Source: Clostridia bacterium
GTDB taxonomy: Bacteria > Bacillota > Clostridia > RUG12999
DNA: 64,000 nt
Direction: 5' to 3'
NCBI GenBank assembly: GCA_045633565.1
Contig: JAZQYO010000024.1
Coordinates: forward strand, 1,395 to 65,394
Part shown: positions 11,016 through 21,705 of the stretch, one piece after another
Numbering within the stretch: position 1 is the stretch's first letter
Layout: every line of letters starts with the position of its first letter
Translations under genes and position numbers: made by a program
Notes under the pieces: generated by a model
What the model was told of the DNA's origin: nothing
Database searches by the model: none
What the model saw: the letters and a program-made list of their open reading frames with translations, nothing else

Positions 11016-11393
11016 ATGTCTTATTTTACAGAAAAGGCTGCGTATCTTAAAGGTCTCGCAGAAGGCCTCGAGATTGACAGTTCCACAAAAGAAGGTAAAC
11101 TTTTACTTGCTATGCTGGAAGTTATCGAAGATATGGCTGATGAGATTGAAATGCTTGATGAAAAGCAGGACGATATGCTCGATTTGATTTCCGATTTAGC
11201 GGATGAAGATTGCGATTGCTGCGATGATGACCTTGATTATTTTGAAATTGAGTGTGAAAAATGCGGAAACGTGATTTGCCTCGATGAAGATATTTTAGTT
11301 TCGGACGAAGATATTGTTTGTCCCGTTTGCGGCGAAGTAATCGAGCTTGAAATTGAAGATTGCGATTGTTGCGATTGCGACGACTGCCATTAA
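11016..11393 (+). CDS. hypothetical very acidic Cys-rich protein (two CxxC pairs flanked by CDCC/CDCCDCDDC clusters)
   Basis: 125 aa. Helical acidic N-half, then CDCCDDD...CEKCGN...CPVCGE...CDCCDCDDCH. RBS present, followed by an intrinsic terminator. Confidence 0.6.
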   Translation: MSYFTEKAAYLKGLAEGLEIDSSTKEGKLLLAMLEVIEDMADEIEMLDEKQDDMLDLISDLADEDCDCCDDDLDYFEIECEKCGNVICLDEDILVSDEDIVCPVCGEVIELEIEDCDCCDCDDCH

Positions 11394-11408
11394 TTTGATT
11401 AATAAGAG

Positions 11409-11440
11409 AAAAGCTGTTGCCTTGGGCAACAGCTTTTTTG
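11409..11440 (+). terminator. rho-independent terminator after the acidic Cys-rich ORF
   Basis: aaagctgttgcc-ttgg-ggcaacagc followed by TTTTTTG. Confidence 0.8.
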
Positions 11441-11472
11441 TTAAATTATTGTTACTGTTTTCCCTGTTTTAT

Positions 11473-11500
11473 TGACTTTAATGTTCCATTGTTGTATAAT
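11473..11500 (+). promoter_or_regulatory. sigma-A type promoter for the clpE-like gene
   Basis: TTGACT, 16–17 nt spacer, TATAAT. No CtsR heptad repeats seen nearby. Confidence 0.5.
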
Positions 11501-11537
11501 TTATCTGTAAAGGTATATATTTTTATGGAGGAAAACA

Positions 11538-13838
11538 ATGTTATGCACAAAGTGCGGGAAAAATCCCGCTGTAATATTTATTAAAAATCAGGCTGCACCT
11601 AACGAGCCCGCTCAGGCACTTTGCTTTAAATGTGCCCGTGAACTTGGCGGTGGTTTTATAGACAGTGCACTTGAAAGTATGGGAATCAACCCCGAGGAGG
11701 CAAACGAGCTTTTGGGAAATGCCGAGCTTAATGAAGCGTTGCAGAATATGTCCCCCGAGGAAATGCAGGCGGCACTATCCGAACTGCCGGACGAGTCTGC
11801 CGGAGCTGATTTGGATGCAAAATCTCCCATGAACATGATGGAAAGCTTTATCAGCAACATGACCAAATTCATGAGCAGCGCACCAAAGCAAAATCCATCT
11901 TCACAGGAAAATGCAAAACCGCAAAAAGCAGAAAACAATCCCAAAAAACGCCGCAAGTTTCTGGAAACCTACGGTCAGGACCTTACCCGCAAGGCAAAAG
12001 ACGGCGAAATTGACCGGGTTATAGGTCGTGACACCGAAATTGCACGTATAGTGCAAATTCTTAACCGACGCAGCAAAAACAACCCTGTTCTTTTAGGCGA
12101 ACCGGGCGTCGGCAAAACTGCAATTGCCGAAGGACTTGCGCTCAGGATTGTAAACAAACAGGTTCCGCCCAAGCTCTTTGGATATTCAGTTTATCTGCTT
12201 GACTTCGCTTCTCTTGTTGCGGGAACACAGTTCCGCGGTCAGTTTGAATCAAGACTGAAAAATCTTATTGAAGAGGTTAAAAAAGAGGGCAATATCATCC
12301 TCGTAATTGACGAAGTTCACAATATAGTAGGTGCAGGTGATGCTGAAGGCGGTGCAATGAACGCCGCAAATATTTTAAAACCGGCACTTGCACGTGGTGA
12401 AATTCAGATTATCGGTGCAACAACTCTTACGGAGTACAGAAAAAAAATCGAAAAGGATTCTGCTCTTGAACGCAGGTTTCAGCCCGTCCTTATCGGAGAA
12501 CCTTCTCCAATGGATACAATCGAAATCATAAAGGGTATAAAGGACTATTACGAATCATACCATAAAGTAAGAATTTCCGAAGAGGTTATAAAAGCAGCCG
12601 TACTGCTTTCCGAACGTTATATTCACGACCGCTTCATGCCCGACAAGGCTATTGACATTATTGACGAGGCATCCTCAAAGGTTAACCTGTCAAACGCTGC
12701 ACTTATTGAACTTGCCGATTTAAAGCTTGAGCTTTCGAAAATTAATTCCGAGCGCGAAAACTGTGACCCGGAAGATTTTCAGAAAATTGCAGATTTAAAA
12801 TCTTCAGAATGCCGCACCCTCGACAGAATAAGAGAAATCGAACTTTCGGATATTTATACTGACGTTACCGTAGAAGACGTTACCGAAGTAGTTCAACTCT
12901 GGACCAATATTCCTGTCAAGGCTCTTACCGAAGTGGACTCCAAAAATCTTATAAATCTTGAAGAGCAGCTTCATCAAAGCGTCATTGGGCAGGACAAAGC
13001 GGTTGATGCAATTGCAAGGGCTGTGCGCAGAAAACGTGCAGGCATAAACAGTAAAAAACGCCCTGTTTCCTTTATATTTGTCGGACCTACCGGTGTTGGT
13101 AAGACGGAACTTGTAAAGACTCTTGCCCGCTGTATGTTTGGTAGCGAGGGTGCTCTTATAAGGCTTGACATGTCAGAGTATATGGAAAAGCACTCGGTTT
13201 CAAAGCTTATAGGCTCGCCACCGGGATATGTGGGTTATGACGAGGCAGGTCAGCTTACCGAAAAAATCCGCAGAAATCCATATTCGGTAATTTTACTTGA
13301 CGAAATTGAAAAAGCACACGCAGATGTCTTCAACATATTCCTTCAGGTTTTAGACGACGGCAGAATAACCGACTCTCAGGGCAGAACGGTAAATTTTGAA
13401 AACACTGTGATAATAATGACTTCAAACGCAGGCAGCGACTTAAAATCGGGCAGCATGGGATTTGAAAGTTATGCAACAGAGGGCAGATATGAAAAAGCTC
13501 TTTCTCAGCTTTTCCGCCCCGAATTTTTAAACCGTGTTGACGAGGTAATAGAATTTGACTATCTCACCCAAGATAACCTTATTAAAATTACCGAGCTTAT
13601 TTTGGGAGAACTTGCAAAAGGCCTTGCAGAAAAAAATATTACAATGACCGTCAGTGATGCGGCGAAAGATTTAATCGTTCAAAAAGGATATGACAAAAAA
13701 TTTGGTGCACGACCGCTAAGACGTGTAATCTTGCGTGAAATTGAAGATGTCATCGCATCCAAGGTAATTTCGGGCGAAATTAAAGAAGGCAGAAATATTT
13801 GCATAGATGCTGCAAATAATAATTTCATAATTCTTTAA
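11538..13838 (+). CDS. clpE: ATP-dependent Clp protease ATP-binding subunit, ClpE type (N-terminal zinc finger, two AAA+ modules)
   Basis: 766 aa. N-terminus [16 protein letters not shown]...[12 protein letters not shown] is a C4 zinc ribbon as in ClpE. Walker A motifs [15 protein letters not shown] and [15 protein letters not shown]. No Clp_N repeats. Confidence 0.85.
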   Translation: MLCTKCGKNPAVIFIKNQAAPNEPAQALCFKCARELGGGFIDSALESMGINPEEANELLGNAELNEALQNMSPEEMQAALSELPDESAGADLDAKSPMNMMESFISNMTKFMSSAPKQNPSSQENAKPQKAENNPKKRRKFLETYGQDLTRKAKDGEIDRVIGRDTEIARIVQILNRRSKNNPVLLGEPGVGKTAIAEGLALRIVNKQVPPKLFGYSVYLLDFASLVAGTQFRGQFESRLKNLIEEVKKEGNIILVIDEVHNIVGAGDAEGGAMNAANILKPALARGEIQIIGATTLTEYRKKIEKDSALERRFQPVLIGEPSPMDTIEIIKGIKDYYESYHKVRISEEVIKAAVLLSERYIHDRFMPDKAIDIIDEASSKVNLSNAALIELADLKLELSKINSERENCDPEDFQKIADLKSSECRTLDRIREIELSDIYTDVTVEDVTEVVQLWTNIPVKALTEVDSKNLINLEEQLHQSVIGQDKAVDAIARAVRRKRAGINSKKRPVSFIFVGPTGVGKTELVKTLARCMFGSEGALIRLDMSEYMEKHSVSKLIGSPPGYVGYDEAGQLTEKIRRNPYSVILLDEIEKAHADVFNIFLQVLDDGRITDSQGRTVNFENTVIIMTSNAGSDLKSGSMGFESYATEGRYEKALSQLFRPEFLNRVDEVIEFDYLTQDNLIKITELILGELAKGLAEKNITMTVSDAAKDLIVQKGYDKKFGARPLRRVILREIEDVIASKVISGEIKEGRNICIDAANNNFIIL

Positions 13839-13937
13839 GTTTTTTTCATATTGTTTTCATACAGTTTTCAAAAAACTGTATTATAATACAATTAACAAAT
13901 TAAGCAGTAGCTACTGTTTAAGGAAAGGATTGATAAT

Positions 13938-15155
13938 ATGTCAGATTTAAACGATTACAGATGGTATAACGATGATTTTCAGAATAATCAGCAGCCGGTT
14001 GCTTATACTGCTCCGCAGAAGAAAAAACGCTCCCGCAAGGGTTGGTATATTGCCCTTGTTTGTGTAATGGCAGCTATAATGCTTGCAAGCACAACTGTTA
14101 CTGTTTTTGTCCTTGCATCCGGTGACCGTTCGCAAACACACAGCAATTCGCTTTTCCAGGGAGATGTAAATTCTTCCTTTAATTATCAACAGCTTACCGA
14201 CGGTGAGCGCGAGTCCAAAAGCACAGTTGAAATAGCTGCACAGGTTGGACCTTCGGTAGTTGGTATTACCACAAAATATACCTACCGTTCATTCTTTGGT
14301 CAGTCTTATGAACAGTCGGGCAGCGGCAGCGGAATTATTATTTCCGACGACGGATATATCGCAACAAACTTCCATGTAATTGAAAATGCGAATGCAGTTT
14401 CCGTTACTTTAAATACCGGCGAAGAATTCGGGGCAACAGTTGTAGGCTATGATGCAGAAACTGACCTTGCACTTCTTAAAATATCCGCTTCTGGTCTTGC
14501 CGAAGCGACTCTCGGCACTTCTGATGCTCTGCAGGTAGGTGAACTTGCCGTTGCAATCGGCAACCCGCTTGGTCAGGAGCTTGCAGGTACTGTAACTGTT
14601 GGCGTTATAAGTGCAGTTAACCGTTCAATCGCTTCCGATAACGGCAAAACAATGACACTCATTCAAACTGATGCTGCCATCAACCCCGGTAACTCGGGTG
14701 GTGCTCTCGTTAATGCTTATGGCGAAGTAATCGGTATCAACTCCATGAAATTCTCCGGCAGCGGTGTTGAAGGTATTGGTTTTGCAATCCCTATGGACAT
14801 CGCAAAGCCCATCTTAACTGAGCTTATGACAAACGGTTATGTAACCGGTCGTCCGCTTATTGGTATTTCACTCCGTGAAATCACTCCTGAAATTGCGGCA
14901 ATCAACGATATCCCCGCAGGTGTTCAGGTAGCTTATGTTTCCGAAGGCGGTGCAGCTGAAAAAGCAGGCATCAAGCAGGGTGACACAATTGTTTCAGTTG
15001 ACGGAAAACTTGTTGAAACCACAAAAGATGTCAGCGACATCAGAGACCAGCACAAAGCTGGTGACACAATTAAAATTGTTGTAAACCGTGACGGTCAGAC
15101 ACTTTCGTTTGATGTTGTACTCCAGGAAGATACCACTTCAAGAACCTCCAATTAA
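13938..15155 (+). CDS. htrA: HtrA/DegP family serine protease with PDZ domain
   Basis: 405 aa. N-terminal TM segment, trypsin-like catalytic GNSGGALVN, C-terminal PDZ domain. Confidence 0.9.
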   Translation: MSDLNDYRWYNDDFQNNQQPVAYTAPQKKKRSRKGWYIALVCVMAAIMLASTTVTVFVLASGDRSQTHSNSLFQGDVNSSFNYQQLTDGERESKSTVEIAAQVGPSVVGITTKYTYRSFFGQSYEQSGSGSGIIISDDGYIATNFHVIENANAVSVTLNTGEEFGATVVGYDAETDLALLKISASGLAEATLGTSDALQVGELAVAIGNPLGQELAGTVTVGVISAVNRSIASDNGKTMTLIQTDAAINPGNSGGALVNAYGEVIGINSMKFSGSGVEGIGFAIPMDIAKPILTELMTNGYVTGRPLIGISLREITPEIAAINDIPAGVQVAYVSEGGAAEKAGIKQGDTIVSVDGKLVETTKDVSDIRDQHKAGDTIKIVVNRDGQTLSFDVVLQEDTTSRTSN

Positions 15156-15236
15156 TTTATTATAAAGCAATATGTTGCGGCAATTCCTGTTTTTATGGGT
15201 GCCGCAACATGTCTTGCTATTTGAAAGGAAATTACT

Positions 15237-16154
15237 ATGTTTTATACACTTACTGCAAATCCCGCAATTGATATGAATATTTCATCAAACGGACTTATCC
15301 GCAAAGAAGTAAACCGCACCCGTGATGCTGTATATACCCCTAACGGCAAAGGCGTGAACGTTAGCCTTGTACTCCACCACTTTGGCATTCCCTCAACAGT
15401 TTTAGGCTTTTTCGGCGGTTTTTCCGGCGAATACATAGTCACCGAATGTAAAAAAAGAGGTCTTGGCGCAAAACCCGTAATGATAGATGAAATTACACGT
15501 GTAAACGTATTTTTAAATGACGGCGAAGGTGAATTCAAGCTTGTTAACGAAGGACCTGTGATTACACCGGAGCAGGAAGCGGAATTCTTAACTCTGCTCG
15601 AATCTCTTGATGATATGGAATACCTCTGCATCAGCGGAAGTCTGCCCAGAGGAATTTCATCTGAGTTTTATGATAACGTTTTCAAATGCTGTGCCCGAAA
15701 AGGTACAAAAGTTGTACTTGATATCAGCTCGCCGAAATTCAAAGACCTTCTCGCCTACCGCCCTCTTTTAATCAAACCCAACGATGAAGAAATCCGTGAC
15801 ATTTTCGGCATACTTTTAAAAACCGAAGATGATATTAAATCGGCAATTAAAATGCTTCACGAGCTTGGTGCACAGAATGTGCTGCTCACTCTCGGTAACA
15901 AAGGCGGTTACTTCTCTAACGGTGAAAAGGTGTGGTATTGTGGTACATATCCCGTAAAGTTTTTAAGCAGCGTTTGCTGTGGGGACGCCTGCCTTGCAAC
16001 TTTCCTCAGTTTCTGGGCAAATGACCGTTCAAACGTGGTGGAAGCACTGAAAAAATCTGCCGCTGCAGGCTCCAATGTTGCAGAAAGTGCCGGCCTCGGC
16101 GACCTTGCAATGGTGGATGAATATGCTAAACATATTGAAGTAAGAGAAGTTTAA
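15237..16154 (+). CDS. fruK: 1-phosphofructokinase / tagatose-6-phosphate kinase (PfkB family)
   Basis: 305 aa. MFYTLTANPAIDMN...GKGVNVS N-terminus typical of FruK/LacC. PfkB C-terminal GAGD-like motif. Confidence 0.8.
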   Translation: MFYTLTANPAIDMNISSNGLIRKEVNRTRDAVYTPNGKGVNVSLVLHHFGIPSTVLGFFGGFSGEYIVTECKKRGLGAKPVMIDEITRVNVFLNDGEGEFKLVNEGPVITPEQEAEFLTLLESLDDMEYLCISGSLPRGISSEFYDNVFKCCARKGTKVVLDISSPKFKDLLAYRPLLIKPNDEEIRDIFGILLKTEDDIKSAIKMLHELGAQNVLLTLGNKGGYFSNGEKVWYCGTYPVKFLSSVCCGDACLATFLSFWANDRSNVVEALKKSAAAGSNVAESAGLGDLAMVDEYAKHIEVREV

Positions 16155-16177
16155 ATACAGAATGCAAAATTATGGTC

Positions 16178-16210
16178 AAAACCCGAACAAAATTCGTTCG
16201 GGTTTGTTTT
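16178..16210 (+). terminator. rho-independent terminator after fruK
   Basis: aaacccgaac-aaaatt-cgttcgggttt followed by GTTTT. Confidence 0.75.
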
Positions 16211-16213
16211 ATT

Positions 16214-16267
16214 GTCGTAATTTGTCGATAAAAAATTGTTGCAAAATGTAAAATAAAATGTTATAAT
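16214..16267 (+). promoter_or_regulatory. conserved operator-like box plus sigma-A promoter, copy 1 (paralog of 21262..21315)
   Basis: GTCGTAATTTGTCGATAAAAAATTG, then TTGCAA (16239–16244), a 17-nt spacer and TATAAT (16262–16267). It is about 80% identical over roughly 55 nt to the copy at 21262. Confidence 0.6.
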
Positions 16268-16270
16268 AAA

Positions 16271-16483
16271 TTTGCTACAAAAAGTCAATATAGAAGGGAT
16301 TTGATAACACCAAGGGATTGGTATATCCATTTTTAATATTGTATACATTGGTTAGAAACTGCTAAAAACGTAGGCTCCACCGGTGTATGCGATGTGTTTA
16401 ACATATCCTTTCTTCGGACTTTTTGTAGCAAAAAAGGGAGCTATGCGTTTTATGTGCGTCAGCTCCGGCCGACGCACTTTTTT
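16271..16483 (+). promoter_or_regulatory. structured leader / candidate sRNA or attenuator, copy 1
   Basis: The 5' strand UUUGCUACAAAAAG (16271–16284) is perfectly complementary to CUUUUUGUAGCAAA (16419–16432). The helix extends inward (AGAAGGGAU / AUCCUUUCU). It is followed by GGAGCUAUGCGUUUU (16437–16451) and terminator GUGCGUC-N10-GACGCAC-UUUUUU (16454–16483). A 29-codon uORF (MRFMCVSS..., 16443–16532) overlaps the terminator. Confidence 0.45.
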
Positions 16484-16553
16484 AATATTCCGAAAACCGG
16501 AATGTCGAAAATCGCCATTCCCTACAATTTAATTAAATGATTGGAGAAAGATT

Positions 16554-16643
16554 ATGGATAAATATAAAGAAATGTATTATATTTTATTTAATGCTATCAC
16601 CGAGGCAAATAAAATCTTACAGGAGGCTCAAAAGAAAGTCTAA
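16554..16643 (+). CDS. small hypothetical helical protein, 29 aa (paralog of 21545..21667)
   Basis: GGAGAAAG RBS, then ATG. Hand translation gives MDKYKEMYYILFNAITEANKILQEAQKKV. It is below the ORF-track size cut-off. It is followed by a terminator and has a 40-aa paralog with 23 of the first 29 residues identical. Confidence 0.45.
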   Translation: MDKYKEMYYILFNAITEANKILQEAQKKV

Positions 16644-16669
16644 GAAATTTATATTTCAAACAAATAACT

Positions 16670-16696
16670 AAAACCCGACCAATGGTCGGGTTTTTT
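16670..16696. terminator. bidirectional intrinsic terminator (small ORF on plus strand, phosphoribosyltransferase on minus strand)
   Basis: aaaacccgacc-aatg-ggtcgggtttttt. A-tract upstream, T-tract downstream. Confidence 0.75.
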
Positions 16697-16733
16697 CATT
16701 AATTTTTCATTTTGCATTCTACATTCTGCATTA

Positions 16734-17282
16734 TTATTTAACGCTTCCGTCAGCGTTAAATAAGGGCAGGGGTTCAAGCGCAATGATGTCGGGTCTGTCT
16801 ATTGCATCGCCTTCGGCAAGAATTGTCATTTTGCCGGCAGTAATTCCGCCAACCTCTTCCACCAGATATTCAATGGCACGAAGCGATTCGCCTGTGCTTA
16901 TAACATCGTCAACAATCAGCACTTTTTTGCCTTTCATTTTTGCAATTTCATCAGCACCAAGGCAAAGTGTCTGTTCCTTTTCGGTGGAAATGGATTTCAC
17001 CTTGACCGTCACTATATCTTTCATATAAAGCTTGAACGCTTTTCTTGCAACAACATACGGTTTTCCCGACTGGCGCGACATTTCATGAGCAAGCGGAATT
17101 CCCTTTGATTCTGCGGTAATAATAACATCAAAATCAGGTGCTTTTTGGAGCAATAGTCCGGCCGCTTTTTCAGTCAGTTCAACGTCGCCGAAAATAACAA
17201 AACCGGCTATGTATAAATCGTCAGTAACTCTGCAAATGGGCAAATCTCTTTCAAGACCTGCTATCTTCATTCTATGATACAT
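16734..17282 (-). CDS. type I phosphoribosyltransferase family protein (purine/xanthine-adenine PRTase-like)
   Basis: PRPP-binding motif VLIVDDVISTGESL. Start chosen at MYHRMKIAG because AAAGGA lies 9 nt upstream. The track start at 17300 has no RBS. Confidence 0.7.
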   Translation of the reverse strand: MYHRMKIAGLERDLPICRVTDDLYIAGFVIFGDVELTEKAAGLLLQKAPDFDVIITAESKGIPLAHEMSRQSGKPYVVARKAFKLYMKDIVTVKVKSISTEKEQTLCLGADEIAKMKGKKVLIVDDVISTGESLRAIEYLVEEVGGITAGKMTILAEGDAIDRPDIIALEPLPLFNADGSVK

Positions 17283-17414
17283 TTTTATCATTCCTTTCAT
17301 AGTTTCATCTTATCATTTTAGTTCTCAAAAGTCAACATAAATCCGTCATATTTGTGACATAATAAAAAGTAATTTTACTTTTTTTGTTCACAGTAACGAA
17401 ATTACTATATAATA

Positions 17415-17468
17415 TTGACTTATAGGAAAAAAAGTAGTATAATTTACTATGTACGGGCATGTCCGTAC
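17415..17468 (+). promoter_or_regulatory. PFOR promoter (TTGACT-17-TATAAT) followed by 18-bp near-palindrome GTACGGGCATGTCCGTAC at the transcript start
   Basis: -35 at 17415–17420, -10 at 17438–17443, palindrome at 17451–17468. Upstream there are tandem AATT(T)TACT repeats and a TTGTGAC...GTTCACA pair. Confidence 0.5.
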
Positions 17469-17505
17469 ACTAGTATTGTTTTTATTTTATTTTATATTAC
17501 TTTAG

Positions 17506-21054
<3,549 letters not shown>

Positions 21055-21068
21055 TTAAACCATATACA

Positions 21069-21100
21069 AAAACCACGGTGATTTTCACCGTGGTTTTTTA
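21069..21100 (+). terminator. rho-independent terminator after PFOR
   Basis: aaaaaccacggtg-atttt-caccgtggtttttta. Confidence 0.85.
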
Positions 21101-21113
21101 TTTGTGAAACAGT

Positions 21114-21167
21114 CAAGGTTCCGGAGCACCGGCCGTAATCTTTGATTGCGATAGCGGGTCGGGTTCT
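21114..21167 (-). repeat. 53–54 nt intergenic repeat element, copy A (inverted relative to copy B at 35705..35757)
   Basis: The reverse complement reads AGAACCCGACCC-N5-CGCAATCAAAGATT-N12-CCGGAACCTTG. All three blocks (12, 14 and 11 nt) are identical to copy B. Confidence 0.7.
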
Positions 21168-21261
21168 AATTTTATTAATCTGTAGGGGCGCCCGAACCGG
21201 GACGATGAAGGCATCGTCCCCTACAATAATTCTGCATCAATTTCTGTGCGTCCGTTTCAGT

Positions 21262-21315
21262 GTCGTAATTTGTCGACAAAAAATTGTTGCAAAATGTAAA
21301 TTTTGGTGTTATAAT
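21262..21315 (+). promoter_or_regulatory. conserved operator-like box plus sigma-A promoter, copy 2
   Basis: GTCGTAATTTGTCGACAAAAAATTG contains the perfect 12-bp palindrome TTTGTCGACAAA (21268–21279). TTGCAA (21287–21292), 17-nt spacer, TATAAT (21310–21315). Confidence 0.6.
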
Positions 21316-21318
21316 AAT

Positions 21319-21473
21319 CTTGCTAAACAAATTACATATTTCTTTTAGGCATGTGTTTTGCTTATGGCAAAAACGCAAGCTCTATTTACATGCCTTGAAG
21401 AAAGTGTCTGTAATTTGTTTAGCGACTTGGAGCTATGCGTTTTTCGTGCGTAGCCTTGCGCTACGCATTTTTT
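21319..21473 (+). promoter_or_regulatory. structured leader / candidate sRNA or attenuator, copy 2
   Basis: CUUGCUAAACAAAUUAC (21319–21335) pairs with GUAAUUUGUUUAGC (21410–21423), with compensatory changes relative to copy 1. Inner helix AGGCAUGU/ACAUGCCU. GGAGCUAUGCGUUUUU (21429–21444). Terminator UGCGUAGC-CUUGC-GCUACGCA-UUUUUUU (21446–21473). A 34-codon uORF (MRFSCVAL..., 21435–21539) overlaps the terminator and ends inside the RBS of the next ORF. Confidence 0.45.
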
Positions 21474-21544
21474 TATTACCTGATGTGCACTATAAGGTTT
21501 AAAGGCGTAGATGCTCTAAAAATAATATTAAAGGAGTAAAACTT

Positions 21545-21667
21545 ATGGACAAATATCAGGAAATGTATTATGTTTTATTTAATGCAATAACAGAGGCAAC
21601 CAAAATACTGGAAGAAGCACAGAAAAAAGCGGAAGAAATATACATATCGACAAATGAGGAAAACTAA
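21545..21667 (+). CDS. small hypothetical helical protein, 40 aa (paralog of 16554..16643)
   Basis: AAGGAG RBS. Hand translation gives MDKYQEMYYVLFNAITEATKILEEAQKKAEEIYISTNEEN. Followed by a terminator hairpin. Confidence 0.45.
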   Translation: MDKYQEMYYVLFNAITEATKILEEAQKKAEEIYISTNEEN

Positions 21668-21673
21668 AAAATC

Positions 21674-21705
21674 AAGGTGGCTGATGTTAGCCACCTTAAT
21701 TTTGT
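21674..21705. terminator. bidirectional intrinsic terminator
   Basis: aaggtggc-tgatgtta-gccacctt followed by aattttgtttt. It overlaps the stop codon of the minus-strand 58-aa ORF. Confidence 0.7.

Noticed and set aside
11400-11540. CtsR operator upstream of clpE
   Set aside because: No (A/G)GTCAAA-NAN-(A/G)GTCAAA heptad repeat found.
16290-16420. Known riboswitch class (purine, PRPP, ZTP and so on) in leader 1 because of the adjacent PRTase gene
   Set aside because: The PRTase is on the opposite strand. The aptamer-like interior is not conserved between copies and matches no consensus I know. Only the closing helix and the box plus terminator are conserved.
21284-21502. 72-aa track ORF spanning promoter copy 2 and its leader
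   Set aside because: Starts at a TTG inside the -35 hexamer and runs through the promoter, covarying helix and terminator. It is not conserved in copy 1 (different frame and stops).
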